A stretch of DNA of 63,982 nt, the filler included, from Raillietiella orientalis (Eukaryota): NCBI GenBank assembly GCA_036172245.1. It is 4 parts of 4 records of this genome, joined end to end, with 100 filler letters (N's around TTAATTAATTAA, not from the genome) between each part and the next. Parts side by side here need not be neighbours in the genome. Positions count along the whole stretch, not along the records: positions 39,823 to 58,450 come from JAYWIR010000238.1; positions 58,551 to 63,982 come from JAYWIR010000322.1; 2 more parts are not named here. One strand, given 5' to 3'. The notes beneath the pieces are model-generated. The model worked only from the letters and a program-made list of their open reading frames with translations, was not told the origin of the DNA and did no database searches. A program made the position numbers and the translations under genes. Positions 48,801 to 61,500 of this stretch are shown piece by piece (positions within the stretch are counted from its first letter, which is position 1; the number at the start of each line of letters is the position of its first letter).

Positions 48801-51800
48801 AATGGACGCTTCGGGAAGATGCGCAAAAGTGCAAAGGTGTCATCTGCTGATTTCGAATTGATTACAAACCCTTAAACGTCCAAATTCGGTCCACATAATG
48901 AATCAAATTTACGGAAAACATTCCCTTTCTAATTCCGACACTGGTAGCCATGAAAACGAAACAGAGACCAAAGTGCCCCACCCTAAGCAAAGGACGCACT
49001 CATCTCAATGTTCTTCTGAATCCGGTCAAATGGACGTTTGTGCGGGTATCCATGACGGTAGTTTTCAACTCACTGCAAATGGACGCTTCGGGGAAGGGCG
49101 CAAAAGTGCAAAGGTGTCATCTGCTGATTTCGAATTGATTACAAACCCTTAAACCTCCAAATTCGGTTCACATAATGAATCAAATTGACGGAAAACATTC
49201 CCTTTCTAATTCCGACACTTGTAACCATGAAAACGAAACAGAGACCAAAGTGCCCCACCTTAAGGAAAGGACGCACTCATCTCAATGTTCTTCTGAATCC
49301 AGTCAAATGGACGTTTGTGCGGGTATCCATGACGGGAATTTGCAACTCACTGCAAATGGACGCTTCGGGAAGAGGCGCAAAAGTGCAAAGGTGTCATCTG
49401 CAGATTTCGAATTGATTACAAACCTTCAAACGTTTAAATTCGGTCCACATAATGAATCAAATTGACATAAAAAAAACATTCCCTTTCTAATTCCGACACT
49501 GGTAACCATGAAAACGAAACAGAGTCCAAAGAGCCCTACCCTAAGGAAAGGACGCACTCATCTCAATGTTCTTCTAACCCAGTCAAATGTACGTATGTGC
49601 GGCTATCCATGACGGGAATTTGCAACTCACTGCAAATGGACCCTCCGGGGAGAGGTGCAAAAGTGCAAAGGTGTAATCTTCTGATTGCGAATTGATTACA
49701 AACCCCCAAACGTTGCAAATCCGGACCACATAATGAATTAAAGTTAAGGAAAACATTTCCTTTCTATTTCCGACAGTGGTTACCATGAACACGAAACAGA
49801 GTCCAAAGTGCCCCATTCATATGAGAAGTCAATCTCATCTCAATGTTCTTCTGAACCCAGTCAACTGGACGTTTGTGGGGCTATCCATGACGGGAATTTG
49901 CAACTCACTGCAAATGGACCCTCCGGGGAGAGGTGCAAAAGTGCAAAGGTGTAATCTTCTGATTGCGAATTGATTACAAACCCCCAAACGTTGCAAATCC
50001 GGATCACATAAAGAAATAAAGGAAAGGAAAACATTTCCTTTCTATTTCCGACAGTCGTTACCATGAAAACGAAACAGAGTCCAAAGAGCCCCACACTAAT
50101 GAAAAGTCGGTCTCATCTCAGTGTTCTTCTGAACCCAGTTAAATGGACGTTTGTGCGGCTATCCATGACGGGAATTTGCAACTCACTGCAAATGGACGCT
50201 TCGGGAAGAGGCGCAAAAGTGCAAAGGTGTAATCTTCTGATTGCGAATTGATTACAAACCCCCAAACGTTGCAAATCCGGACCACATAATGAATTAAAGT
50301 TAAGGAAAACATTTCCTTTCTATTTCCGACAGTGGTTACCATGAACACGAAACAGAGTCCAAAGTGCCCAACCTTATGAGAAGTCGACCTCATCTCAATG
50401 TTCTTCTGAACCCAGTCAACTGGACGTTTGTGGGGCTATCCATGACGGGAATTTACAACTCACTGCAAATGGACGCTCCGGGGAGAGGTGCAAAAGTGCA
50501 AAGGTGTAATCTTCTGATTTCGAATTGATTACAAACCCCCAAACGTTACAAATTCGGACCACATAATGAATTAAAGGGAAGGAAAACATTTCCTTTCTAT
50601 TTCCGACAGTGGTTACCATTAAAACGAAACAGAGTCCAAAGTGCCCAACCTTATGAGAAGTCGACCTCATCTCAATGTTCTTCTGAACCCAGTCAACTGG
50701 ACGTTTGTGGGGCTATCCATGACGGGAATTTGCAACTCACTGCAAATGGACGCTCCGGGGAGAGGTGCAAAAGTGCAAAGGTGTAATCTTCTGATTGCGA
50801 ATTGATTACAAACCCCCAAACGTTGCAAATCCGGACCACATAATGAATCAATAGGAAGGAAAACATTTCCTTTCTATTTCCGACAGTCGTTACCATGAAA
50901 ACGAAACAGAGTCCAAAGTGCCCTACCCTAATGAAAAGTCGGTCTCATCTCAATGTTCTTCTGAACCCAGTCAAATGTACGTATGTGCGGCTATCCATAA
51001 CGGGAATTTGCAACTCACTGCAAATGGACGCTTCGGGAAGATGCGCAAAAGTGCAAAGGTGTAATCTTCTGATTGCGAATTGATTACAAACCCCCAAACG
51101 TTGCAAATCCGGACCACATAATGAATCAATAGGAAGGAAAACATTTCCTTTCTATTTCCGACAGTCGTTACCATGAAAACGAAGCAGAGTCCAAAGTGCC
51201 CTACCCTAATGAAAAGTCGGTCTCATCTCAATGTTCTTCTGAACCCAGTCAACTGGACGTTTGTGGGGCTATCCATGACGGGAATTTACAACTCACTGCA
51301 AATGGACGCTCCGGGGAGAGGTGCAAAAGTGCAAAGGTGTAATCTTCTGATTTCGAATTGATTACAAACCCCCAAACGTTACAAATTCGGACCACATAAT
51401 GAATTAAAGGGAAGGAAAACATTTCCTTTCTATTTCCGACAGTGGTTACCATGAAAACGAAACAGAGTCCAAAGTGCCCCACACTAATGAAAAGTCGGTC
51501 TCATCTCAGTGTTCTTCTGAACCCAGTCAAATGGACGATTGTGCGGCTATCCATGACGGGAATTTGCAACTCACTGCAAATGGACGCTTCGGGAAGAGGC
51601 GCAAAAGTGCAAAGGTGTAATCTTCTGATTGCGAATTGATTACAAACCCCCAAACGTTGCAAATCCGGACCACATAATGAATTAAAGGGAAGGAAAACAT
51701 TTCCTTTCTATTTCCGACAGTGGTTACCATGAAAACGAAACAGAGTCCAAAGTGCCCCACACTAATGAAAAAACGGTCTCATCTCAATGTTCTTCTGTAC

Positions 51801-54800
51801 CCAGTCAAATGGACGTTTGTGCGGCTCTCCATGACGGGAATTTGCAACTCACTGCAAATGGACGCTTCGGGAAGATGCGCAAAAGTGCAAAGGTGTAATC
51901 TTCTGATTGCGAATTGATTACAAACCCCCAAACGTTGCAAATCCGGACCACATAATGAATCAATAGGAAGGAAAACATTTCCTTTCTATTTCCGACAGTC
52001 GTTACCATGAAAACGAAACAGAGTCCAAAGTTCCCCACACTAATGAAAAGTCGGTCTCATCTCAGTGTTCTTCTGAACCCAGTCAAATGTACGTATGTGC
52101 GGCTATCCATGACGGGAATTTGCAACTAGCTGCAAATGGACGCTTCAGGAAGAAGCGCAAAAGTGCAAAGGTGTAATCTTCTGATTGCGAATTGATTACA
52201 AACCCCCAAAGGTTGCAAATCCGGACCACATAAAGAATTAAAGGGAAGGAAAACATTTCCTTTCTATTTCCGACAGTGGTTACCATGAAAACGAAACAGA
52301 GTCCAAAGTGCCCAACCTTATGAGAAGTCGACCTCATCTCAATGTTCTTCTGAACCCAGTCAACTGGACGTTTGTGGGGCTATCCATGACGGGAATTTAC
52401 AACTCACTGCAAATGGACGCTCCGGGGAGAGGTGCAAAAGTGCAAAGGTGTAATCTTCTGATTGCGAATTGATTACATACCCCCAAACGTTGCAAATCCG
52501 GACCACATAATGAATCAATAGGAAGGAAAACATTTCCTTTCTATTTCCGACAGTCGTTACCATGAAAACGAAGCAGAGTCCAAAGTGCCCTACCCTAATG
52601 AAAAGTCGGTCTCATCTCAATGTTCTTCTGAACCCAGTCAACTGGACGTTTGTGGGGCTATCCATGACGGGAATTTACAACTCACTGCAAATGGACGCTC
52701 CGGGGAGAGGTGCAAAAGTGCAAAGGTGTAATCTTCTGATTTCGAATTGATTACAAACCCCCAAACGTTACAAATTCGGACCACATAATGAATTTAAGGG
52801 AAGGAAAACATTTCCTTTCTATTTCCGACAGTGGTTACCATGAAAACGAAACAGAGTCCAAAGTGCCCCACACTAATGAAAAGTCGGTCTCATCTCAGTG
52901 TTCTTCTGAACCCAGTCAAATGGACGATTGTGCGGCTATCCATGACGGGAATTTGCAACTCACTGCAAATGGACGCTTCGGGAAGAGGCGCAAAAGTGCA
53001 AAGGTGTAATCTTCTCATTGCGAATTGATTACAAACCCCCAAACATTGCAAGTTCGGACCACATAATGAATCAAAGAGAAGGAAAACATTCCCTTTCTAT
53101 TTCCGACACTAGTAACCATGAAAACGAAACAGAGTCCAAAGTGCCTCACCCTAATGAAAAGTCGGTCTCATCTCAATGTTCTTCTAAACCCAGTCAAATG
53201 GACGTTTGTGCGGCTATCCATGACGGGAATTTGCAACTCACTGCAAATGGAAGCTTCGGGAAGAGGTGCAAAAGTGCAAAGGTGTAATCTTCTCATTGCG
53301 AATTGATTACAAACCCCCAAACGTTGCAAGTTCGGACCACATAATGAATCAAAGAGAAGGAAAACATTCCCTTTCTATTTCCGACACTAGTAACCATGAA
53401 AACGAAACAGAGTCCAAAGTGCCCCACCCTAATGAAAAGTCGGTCTCATCTCAATGTTCTTCTAAACCCAGTCAAATGGACGTTTGTGCGGCTATCCATG
53501 ACGGGAATTTGCAACTCACTGCAAATGGACGCTTCGGAAAGAGGCGCAAAAGTGCAAAGGTGTAATCTTCTGATTGCGAATTGATTACAAACCCCCAAAC
53601 GTTGCAAATCCGGACCACATAATGAATTAAAGGGAAGGAAAACATTTCCTTTCTATTTCCGACAGTGGTTACCATGAAAACGAAACAGAGTCCAAAGTGC
53701 CCCACACTAATGAAAAGTCGGTCTCATCTCAGTGTTCTTCTGAACCCAGTCAAATGGACGATTGTGCGGCTATCCATGACGGGAATTTGCAACTCACTGC
53801 AAATGGACGCTTCGGGAAGAGGCGCAAAAGTGCAAAGGTGTAATCTTCTGATTGCGAATTGATTACAAACCCCCAAACGTTGCAAATCCGGACCACATAA
53901 TGAATTAAAGGGAAGGAAAACATTTCCTTTCTATTTCCGACAGTGGTTACCATGAAAACGAAACAGAGTCCAAAGTGCCCCACACTAATGAAAAGTCGGT
54001 CTCATCTCAGTGTTCTTCTGAACCCAGTCAAATGGACGATTGTGCGGCTATCCATGACGGGAATTTGCAACTCACTGCAAATGGACGCTTCGGGAAGAGG
54101 CGCAAAAGTGCAAAGGTGTAATCTTCTGATTGCGAATTGATTACAAACCCCCAAACGTTGCAAATCCGGACCACATAATGAATTAAAGGGAAGGAAAACA
54201 TTTCCTTTCTATTTCCGACAGTGGTTACCATGAAAACGAAACAGAGTCCAAAGTGCCCAACCTTATGAGAAGTCGACCTCATCTCAATGTTCTTCTGAAC
54301 CCAGTCAACTGGACGTTTGTGGGGCTATCCATGACGGGAATTTGCAACTCACTGCAAATGGACGCTTCGGGAAGAGACGCAAAAGTGCAAAGGTGTAATC
54401 TTCTGATTGCGAATTGATTACAAACCCCCAAACGTTGCAAATCCGGACCACATAATGAATCAATAGGAAGGAAAACATTTCCTTTCTATTTCCGACAGTC
54501 GTTACCATGAAAACGAAACAGAGTCCAAAGTGCCCTACCCAAATGAAAAGTCGGTCTCATCTCAATGTTCTTCTGTACCCAGTCAAATGGACGTTTGTGC
54601 GGCTATCCATGACGGGAATTTGCAACTCACTGCAAATGGACGCTCCGGGGAGAGGTGCAAAAGTGCAAAGGTGTAATCTTCTGATTTCGAATTGATTACA
54701 AACCCCCAAACGTTACAAATTCGGACCACATAATGAATTAAAGGGAAGGAAAACATTTCCGCTCTATTTCCGACAGTGGTTACCATGAAAACGAAACAGA

Positions 54801-57800
54801 GTCCAAAGTGCCCCACACTAATGGAAAGTCGGTCTCATCTCAGTGTTCTTCTGAACCCAGTTAAATGGACGTTTGTGCGGCTATCCATGACGGGAATTTG
54901 CAACTCACTGCAAATGGACGCTTCGGGAAGAGGCGCAAAAGTGCAAAGGTGTAATCTTCTGATTGCGAATTGATTACAAACCCCCAAACGTTGCAAATCC
55001 GGACCACATAATGAATTAAAGGGAAGGAAAACATTTCCTTTCTATTTCCGACAGTGGTTACCATGAAAACGAAACAGAGTCCAAAGTGCCCAACCTTATG
55101 AGAAGTCGACCTCATCTCAATGTTCTTCTGAACCCAGTCAACTGGACGTTTGTGCGGCTATCCATGACGGGAATTTGCAACTCACTGCAAATGGACGCTT
55201 CGGGAAGAGACGCAAAAGTGCAAAGGTGTAATCTTCTGATTGCGAATTGATTACAAACCCCCAAACGTTGCAACTTCGGTCCACATAATGAATCAATAGG
55301 AAGCAAAACATTTCCTTTCTATTTCCGACAGTCGCTACCATGAAAGCTAAGCAGAGTCCAAAGTGCCCAACCTTATGAGAAGTCGACCTCATCTCAATGT
55401 TTTTCTGAACCCAGTCGACTGGACGTTTGTGGGGCTATCCATGACCGGAATTTGCAACTCACTGCAAATGGACCCTCCGGGGAGAGGTGCAAAAGTGCAA
55501 AGGTGTAATCTTCTGATTGCGAATTGATTACAAACCCTCAAACGTTGCAAATCCGGACCACATAATGAATTAAAGGGAAGGAAAACATTTCCTTTCTATT
55601 TCCGACAGTCGTTACCATGAAAACGAAGCAGAGTCCAAAGTGCCCTACCCTAATGAAAAGTCGGTCTCATCTCAATGTTCTTCTGAACCCAGTCAAATGG
55701 ACGATTGTGCGGCTATCCATGACGGGAATTTGCAACTCACTGCAAATGGACGCTTCGGAAAGATGCGCAAAAGTGCAAAGGTGTAATCTTCTGATTGCGA
55801 ATTGATTACAAACCCCCAAACGTTGCAAATTCGGACCACATAATGAATCAAAGGGAAGGAAAACATTTCCTTTCTATTTCCGACAGTCGTTACCATGAAA
55901 ACGAAACAGAGTCCAAAGTGCCCTACCCAAATGAAAAGTCGGTCTCATCTCAATGTTCTTCTGAACCCAGTCAAATGGACGTTTGTGCGGCTATCCATGA
56001 CGGGAATTTGCAACTCACTGCAAATGGACGCTTCGGGAAGAGGCGCAAAAGTGCAAAGGTGTAATCTTCTGATTGCGAATTGATTACAAACCCCCAAACG
56101 TTGCAAATCCGGACCACATAATGAATTACAGGGAAGGAAAACATTTCCTTTCTATTTCCGACAGTGGTTACCATGAAAACGAAACAGAGTCCAAAGTGCC
56201 CTACCCAAATGAAAAGTCGGTCTCATCTCAATGTTCTTCTGAACCCAGTCAAATGGACGATTGTGCGGCTATCCATGACGGGAATTTGCAACTCACTGCA
56301 AATGGACGCTTCGGGAAGAGGCGCAAAAGTGCAAAGGTGTAATCTTCTGATTGCGAATTGATTACAAACCCCCAAACGTTGCAACTGCGGTCCACATAAT
56401 GAATCAATAGGAAGGAAAACATTTCCTTTCTATTTCCGACAGTCGTTACCATGAAAACGAAACAGAGTCCAAAGTGCCCTACCCTAATGAAAAGTCGGTC
56501 TCATCTCAATGTTCTTCTGAACCCAGTCAAATGTACGTATGTGCGGCTATCCATAACGGGAATTTGCAACTCACTGCAAATGGACGCTTCGGGAAGATGC
56601 GCAAAAGTGCAAAGGTGTAATCTTCTGATTGCGAATTGATTACAAACCCCCAAACGTTGCAAATCCGGACCACATAATGAATCAAAAGGAAGGAAAACAT
56701 TTCCTTTCTATTTCCGACAGTGGTTACCATGAAAACGAAACAGAGTCCAAAGTGCCCAACCTTATGAGAAGTCGACCTCATCTCAATGTTCTTCTGAACC
56801 CAGTCAACTGGACGTTTGTGGGGCTATCCATGACGGGAATTTGCAACTCACTGCAAATGGACGCTCCGGGGAGAGGTGCAAAAGTGCAAAGGTGTAATCT
56901 TCTGATTTCGAATTGATTACAAACCCCCAAACGTTACAAATTCGGACCACATAATGAATTAAAGGGAAGGAAAACATTTCCTTTCTATTTCCGACAGTGG
57001 TTACCATGAAAACGAAACAGAGTCCAAAGTGCCCCACACTAATGAAAAGTCGGTCTCCTCTCAGTGTTCTTCTGAACCCAGTCAAATGGACGATTGTGCG
57101 GCTATCCATGACGGGAATTTGCAACTCACTGCAAATGGACGCTTCGGGAAGGGGCGCAAAAGTGCAAAGGTGTAATCTTCTGATTGCGAATTGATTACAA
57201 ACCCCCAAACGTTGCAAATCCGGACCACATAATGAATTAAAGGGAAGGAAAACATTTCCTTTCTATTTCCGACAGTGGTTACCATGAAAACGAAACAGAG
57301 TCCAAAGTGCCCCACACTAATGAAAAAACGGTCTCATCTCAATGTTCTTCTGTACCCAGTCAAATGGACGTTTGTGCGGCTCTCCATGACGGGAATTTGC
57401 AACTCACTGCAAATGGACGCTTCGGGAAGATGCGCAAAAGTGCAAAGGTGTAATCTTCTGATTGCGAATTGATTACAAACCCCCAAACGTTGCAAATCCG
57501 GACCACATAATGAATCAATAGGAAGGAAAACATTTCCTTTCTATTTCCGACAGTCGTTACCATGAAAACGAAACAGAGTCCAAAGTTCCCCACACTAATG
57601 AAAAGTCGGTCTCATCTCAGTGTTCTTCTGAACCCAGTCAAATGTACGTATGTGCGGCTATCCATGACGGGAATTTGCAACTAGCTGCAAATGGACGCTT
57701 CAGGAAGAAGCGCAAAAGTGCAAAGGTGTAATCTTCTGATTGCGAATTGATTACAAACCCCCAAAGGTTGCAAATCCGGACCACATAAAGAATTAAAGGG

Positions 57801-58450
57801 AAGGAAAACATTTCCTTTCTATTTCCGACAGTGGTTACCATGAAAACGAAACAGAGTCCAAAGTGCCCAACCTTATGAGAAGTCGACCTCATCTCAATGT
57901 TCTTCTGAACCCAGTCAACTGGACGTTTGTGGGGCTATCCATGACGGGAATTTGCAACTCACTGCAAATGGACGCTCCGGGGAGAGGTGCAAAAGTGCAA
58001 AGGTGTAATCTTCTGATTGCGAATTGATTACAAACCCCCAAACGTTGCAAATTCGGACCACATAATGAATCAATAGGAAGGAAAACATTTCCTTTCTATT
58101 TCCGACAGTCGTTACCATGAAAACGAAACAGAGTCCAAAGTGCCCCACCCTAATGAAAAGTCGGTCTCATCTCAATGTTCTTCTGAACCCAGTCAAATGG
58201 ACGTTTGTGCGGCTATCCATGACGGGAATTTGCAACTCACTGCAAATGGACGCTCCGGGGAGAGGTGCAAAAGTGCAAAGGTGTAATCTTCTCATTGCGA
58301 ATTGATTACAAACCCCCAAACGTTGCAAATTCGGACCACAAAATAAATCAAAGGGAAGGAAAACATTTACTTTCTATTTCCGACAGTGGTTACCATGAAA
58401 ACGAAACAGAGTCCAAAGTGCCCCACCCTAATGAAAAGTCGGTCTCATCT
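39823..58450 (+). repeat. 278/277-bp tandem satellite array, about 67 monomers; same family as 20504-32724 but a different subfamily
   Basis: CCATGAAAACGAAACAGAGTCCAAAGTGCCC recurs every 277-278 bp; the reverse complement is colinear with the first array. Confidence 0.98.
46340..49575 (+). repeat. Embedded 277-bp subfamily block (~11-12 monomers)
   Basis: Diagnostic GTCATCTGCTGATTTC, AAACCCTTAAACGTCCAAATTCGG and CCTAAGGAAAGGACG; period 277 (47513, 47790, 48067, 48344). Confidence 0.92.
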
Positions 58451-58550
58451 NNNNNNNNNNNNNNNNNNNNNNNNNNNNNNNNNNNNNNNNNNNNTTAATT
58501 AATTAANNNNNNNNNNNNNNNNNNNNNNNNNNNNNNNNNNNNNNNNNNNN
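58451..58550. other. Artificial assembly spacer
   Basis: 44 N + TTAATTAATTAA + 44 N. Confidence 0.98.
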
Positions 58551-61500
58551 TCGACCGAATTCATCGGGAACCGGCCATGGTCGTTTTGGTGCAAGTGCGG
58601 AGATTTGGACGGAAAATACCACATTGGAAATAGAAAAGATAGAGGAATTTCTTTGATGCATTTTGAAGATTCTATTTCTATGCTGAAAGTGGAAGTAGAC
58701 AGCTTCCAACCATTTTGAGGTCTCAGGATTTCGACCGAATTCTTCGGGAACCGGCCATGGTCGTTTTCGTGCAAGTGCGGAGATTTGGACGGAAAACATC
58801 ACATTGGAAATAGAAAAGATAGAGGAATTTCTTTGATGCATTTTGAAGATTCTATTTCTATGCTGGAAGTGGAAGTAGACAGCTTCCAACCATTTTCATG
58901 TCTCAGGCATGCGACCGAATTCATCCGGAACCGGCCATGGTCGTTTTGGTGCAAGTGCGGAGATTTGGAAGGAAAACACCACATTGGAAATAGAAAACAT
59001 AGAGGAATTTTTGTGATGCATTTTGAAGATTCTATTTCTATGCTGGAAGACGAAGTAGATTGCTTCCAACCATTGTGATGTCTCAGGATTGCTTCCGAAT
59101 TCTTCGGGAAACGGTCATGGTCGTTTTGGTGCAAGTGCGGAGATTTGGACGGAAAACACCACATTGGAAATAGAAAAGATAGAGGAATTTCTTCGATGCA
59201 TTTTGAAGATTGTATTTCTATGCTGGAAGTGGAAGTAGACAGCTTCCAACCATTTTGAGGTCTCAAGATTTCGACCGAATTCTTCGGGAAGCGGCCATGG
59301 TCGTTTACATGCAAGCGCGAAGATTTGGACGGAAAACACCACATTGGAAATAGAAAACATAGAGGAATTTTTTTGATGCATTTTGAAGATTCTATTTCTA
59401 TGCTGGAAGACGAAGTAGATTGCTTCCAACCATTTTGATGTCTCAGGATTGCTTCCGAATTCATCGGGAACCGGCCATGGTCGTTTTGGTGCAAGTGCGG
59501 AGATTTGGACGGAAAACACAACATTGGAAATAGAAAAGATAGAGGAATGTCTTTGATGCATTTTGAAGATTCTATTTCTATGCTGGAAGTGGAAGTAGAC
59601 AGCTTCCAACCATTTTCATGTCTCAGGCATGCGACCGAATTCATCCGGAACCGGCCATGGTCGTTTTGGTGCAAGTGCGGAGATTTGGACGGAAAATACC
59701 ACAATGGAAATAGAAAAGATAGAGGAATGTCTTTGATGCATTTTGAAGATTCTATTTCTATGCTGGAAGTGGAAGTAGACAGCTTCCAACCATTTTGAGG
59801 TCTCAAGATTTCGACCGAATTTTTCGGGAACCGGCCATGGTCGTTTTGGTGCAAGTGCGGAGATTTGGACGGAAAATACCACAATGGAAATAGAAAAGAT
59901 AGAGGAATTTCTTTGATGCATTTTGAAGATTCTATTTCTATGCTGGAAGTGGAAGTAGACAGCTTCCAACCATTTTGAGGTCTCAAGATTTCGACCGAAT
60001 TCTTCGGGAACCGGCCATGGTCGTTTTGGTTCAAGTGCGGAGATTTGGACGGACAATACCACATTGGAAATAGAAAAGATAGAGGAATTTCTTTGATGCA
60101 TTTTGAAGATTCTATTTCTATGCTGAAAGTGGAAGTAGACAGCTTCCAACCATTTTGAGGTCTCAGGATTTCGACCGAATTCTTCGGGAACCGGCCATGG
60201 TCGTTTTCGTGCAAGTGCGGAGATTTGGACGGAAAACATCACATTGGAAATAGAAAAGATAGAGGAATTTCTTTGATGCATTTTGAAGATTCTATTTCTA
60301 TGCTCGAAGTGGAAGTAGACAGCTTCCAACCATTTTCATGTCTCAGGATTGCGACCGAATTCATCCGGAAACGGCCATGGTCGTGTTGGTGCAAGTGCGA
60401 AGATTTGGACGGAAAACACCACATTAAAAATAGAAAACATAGAGGAATTTTTGTGATGCATTTTGATGATTCTTTTTTTGTGCTGGAAGACGAAGTAGAT
60501 TGATTCCAACCATTTCGATGTCTCAGGATTGCGACCGAATTCATCGGGAACCGGCCATGGTCGTTTTGGTTCAAGTGCGGAGATTTGGACGGACAATACC
60601 ACATTGGAAATAGAAAAGATAGAGGAATTTCTTTGATGCATTTTGAAGATTCTATTTCTATGCTGAAAGTGGAAGTAGACAGCTTCCAACCATTTTGATG
60701 TCTCAGGATTTCGACCGAATTCTTCGGGAACCGGCCATGGTCGTTTTCGTGCAAGTGCGGAGATTTGGACGGAAAACACCATAATGGAAATAGAAAACAT
60801 AGAGGAATTTGTTTGATGCACTTTGATGATTTTATCTCTATGCTGGGAGTGGAAGTAGATGGCTTCCAACCATTTTGAGGTCTCAGGATTGCGAGCGAAT
60901 TCATCGAGAAGCGGCCATGGTCGTTTTGGTGCAAGTGCGAAGATTTGGACGGAAAACATCACATTGGAAATAGAAAACATAGAGCAATTTCTGTGATGCA
61001 TTTTGAAGATTCTATTTCTATGCTGGAAGACGAAGTAGATTGATTCCAACCATTTCGATGTCTCAGGATTGCGACCGAATTCATCGGGAACCGGCCATGG
61101 TCGTTTTGGTGCAAGTGCGAAGATTTGGACGGAAAACACCATAATGGAAATAGAAAACATAGAGGAATTTTTGTGATGCACTTTCAAGATTCTATTTCTG
61201 TGCTGGAAGTCGAAGTGGATTGATTCCAACCATTTTGATGTCTAAGGATTGCGACCGAAATTATCGGGAACCGGCCATGGTCGTTTAGGTACAAGTGCGG
61301 AGATTTGGACGGAAAACACCACATTGGAAATAGAAAAGATAGAGGAATTTTTTGGATGCACTTTAAAGATTCTATTTCTATGCTGGGAGTGGAAGTAGAT
61401 TGCTTGCAGCCATTTTGAGGTCTCACGATTGCGGCCGAATTCATCGGGAAGCGACCATGGTCGTTTTGGTGCAAGTGCGAAGATTTAAACGGAACACACC

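Noticed and set aside
20510..58450. Dozens of 60-100 aa ORFs resembling a tandem gene family
   Set aside because: They track the 278-bp monomer on both strands and several frames, with frequent stops and frameshifts.
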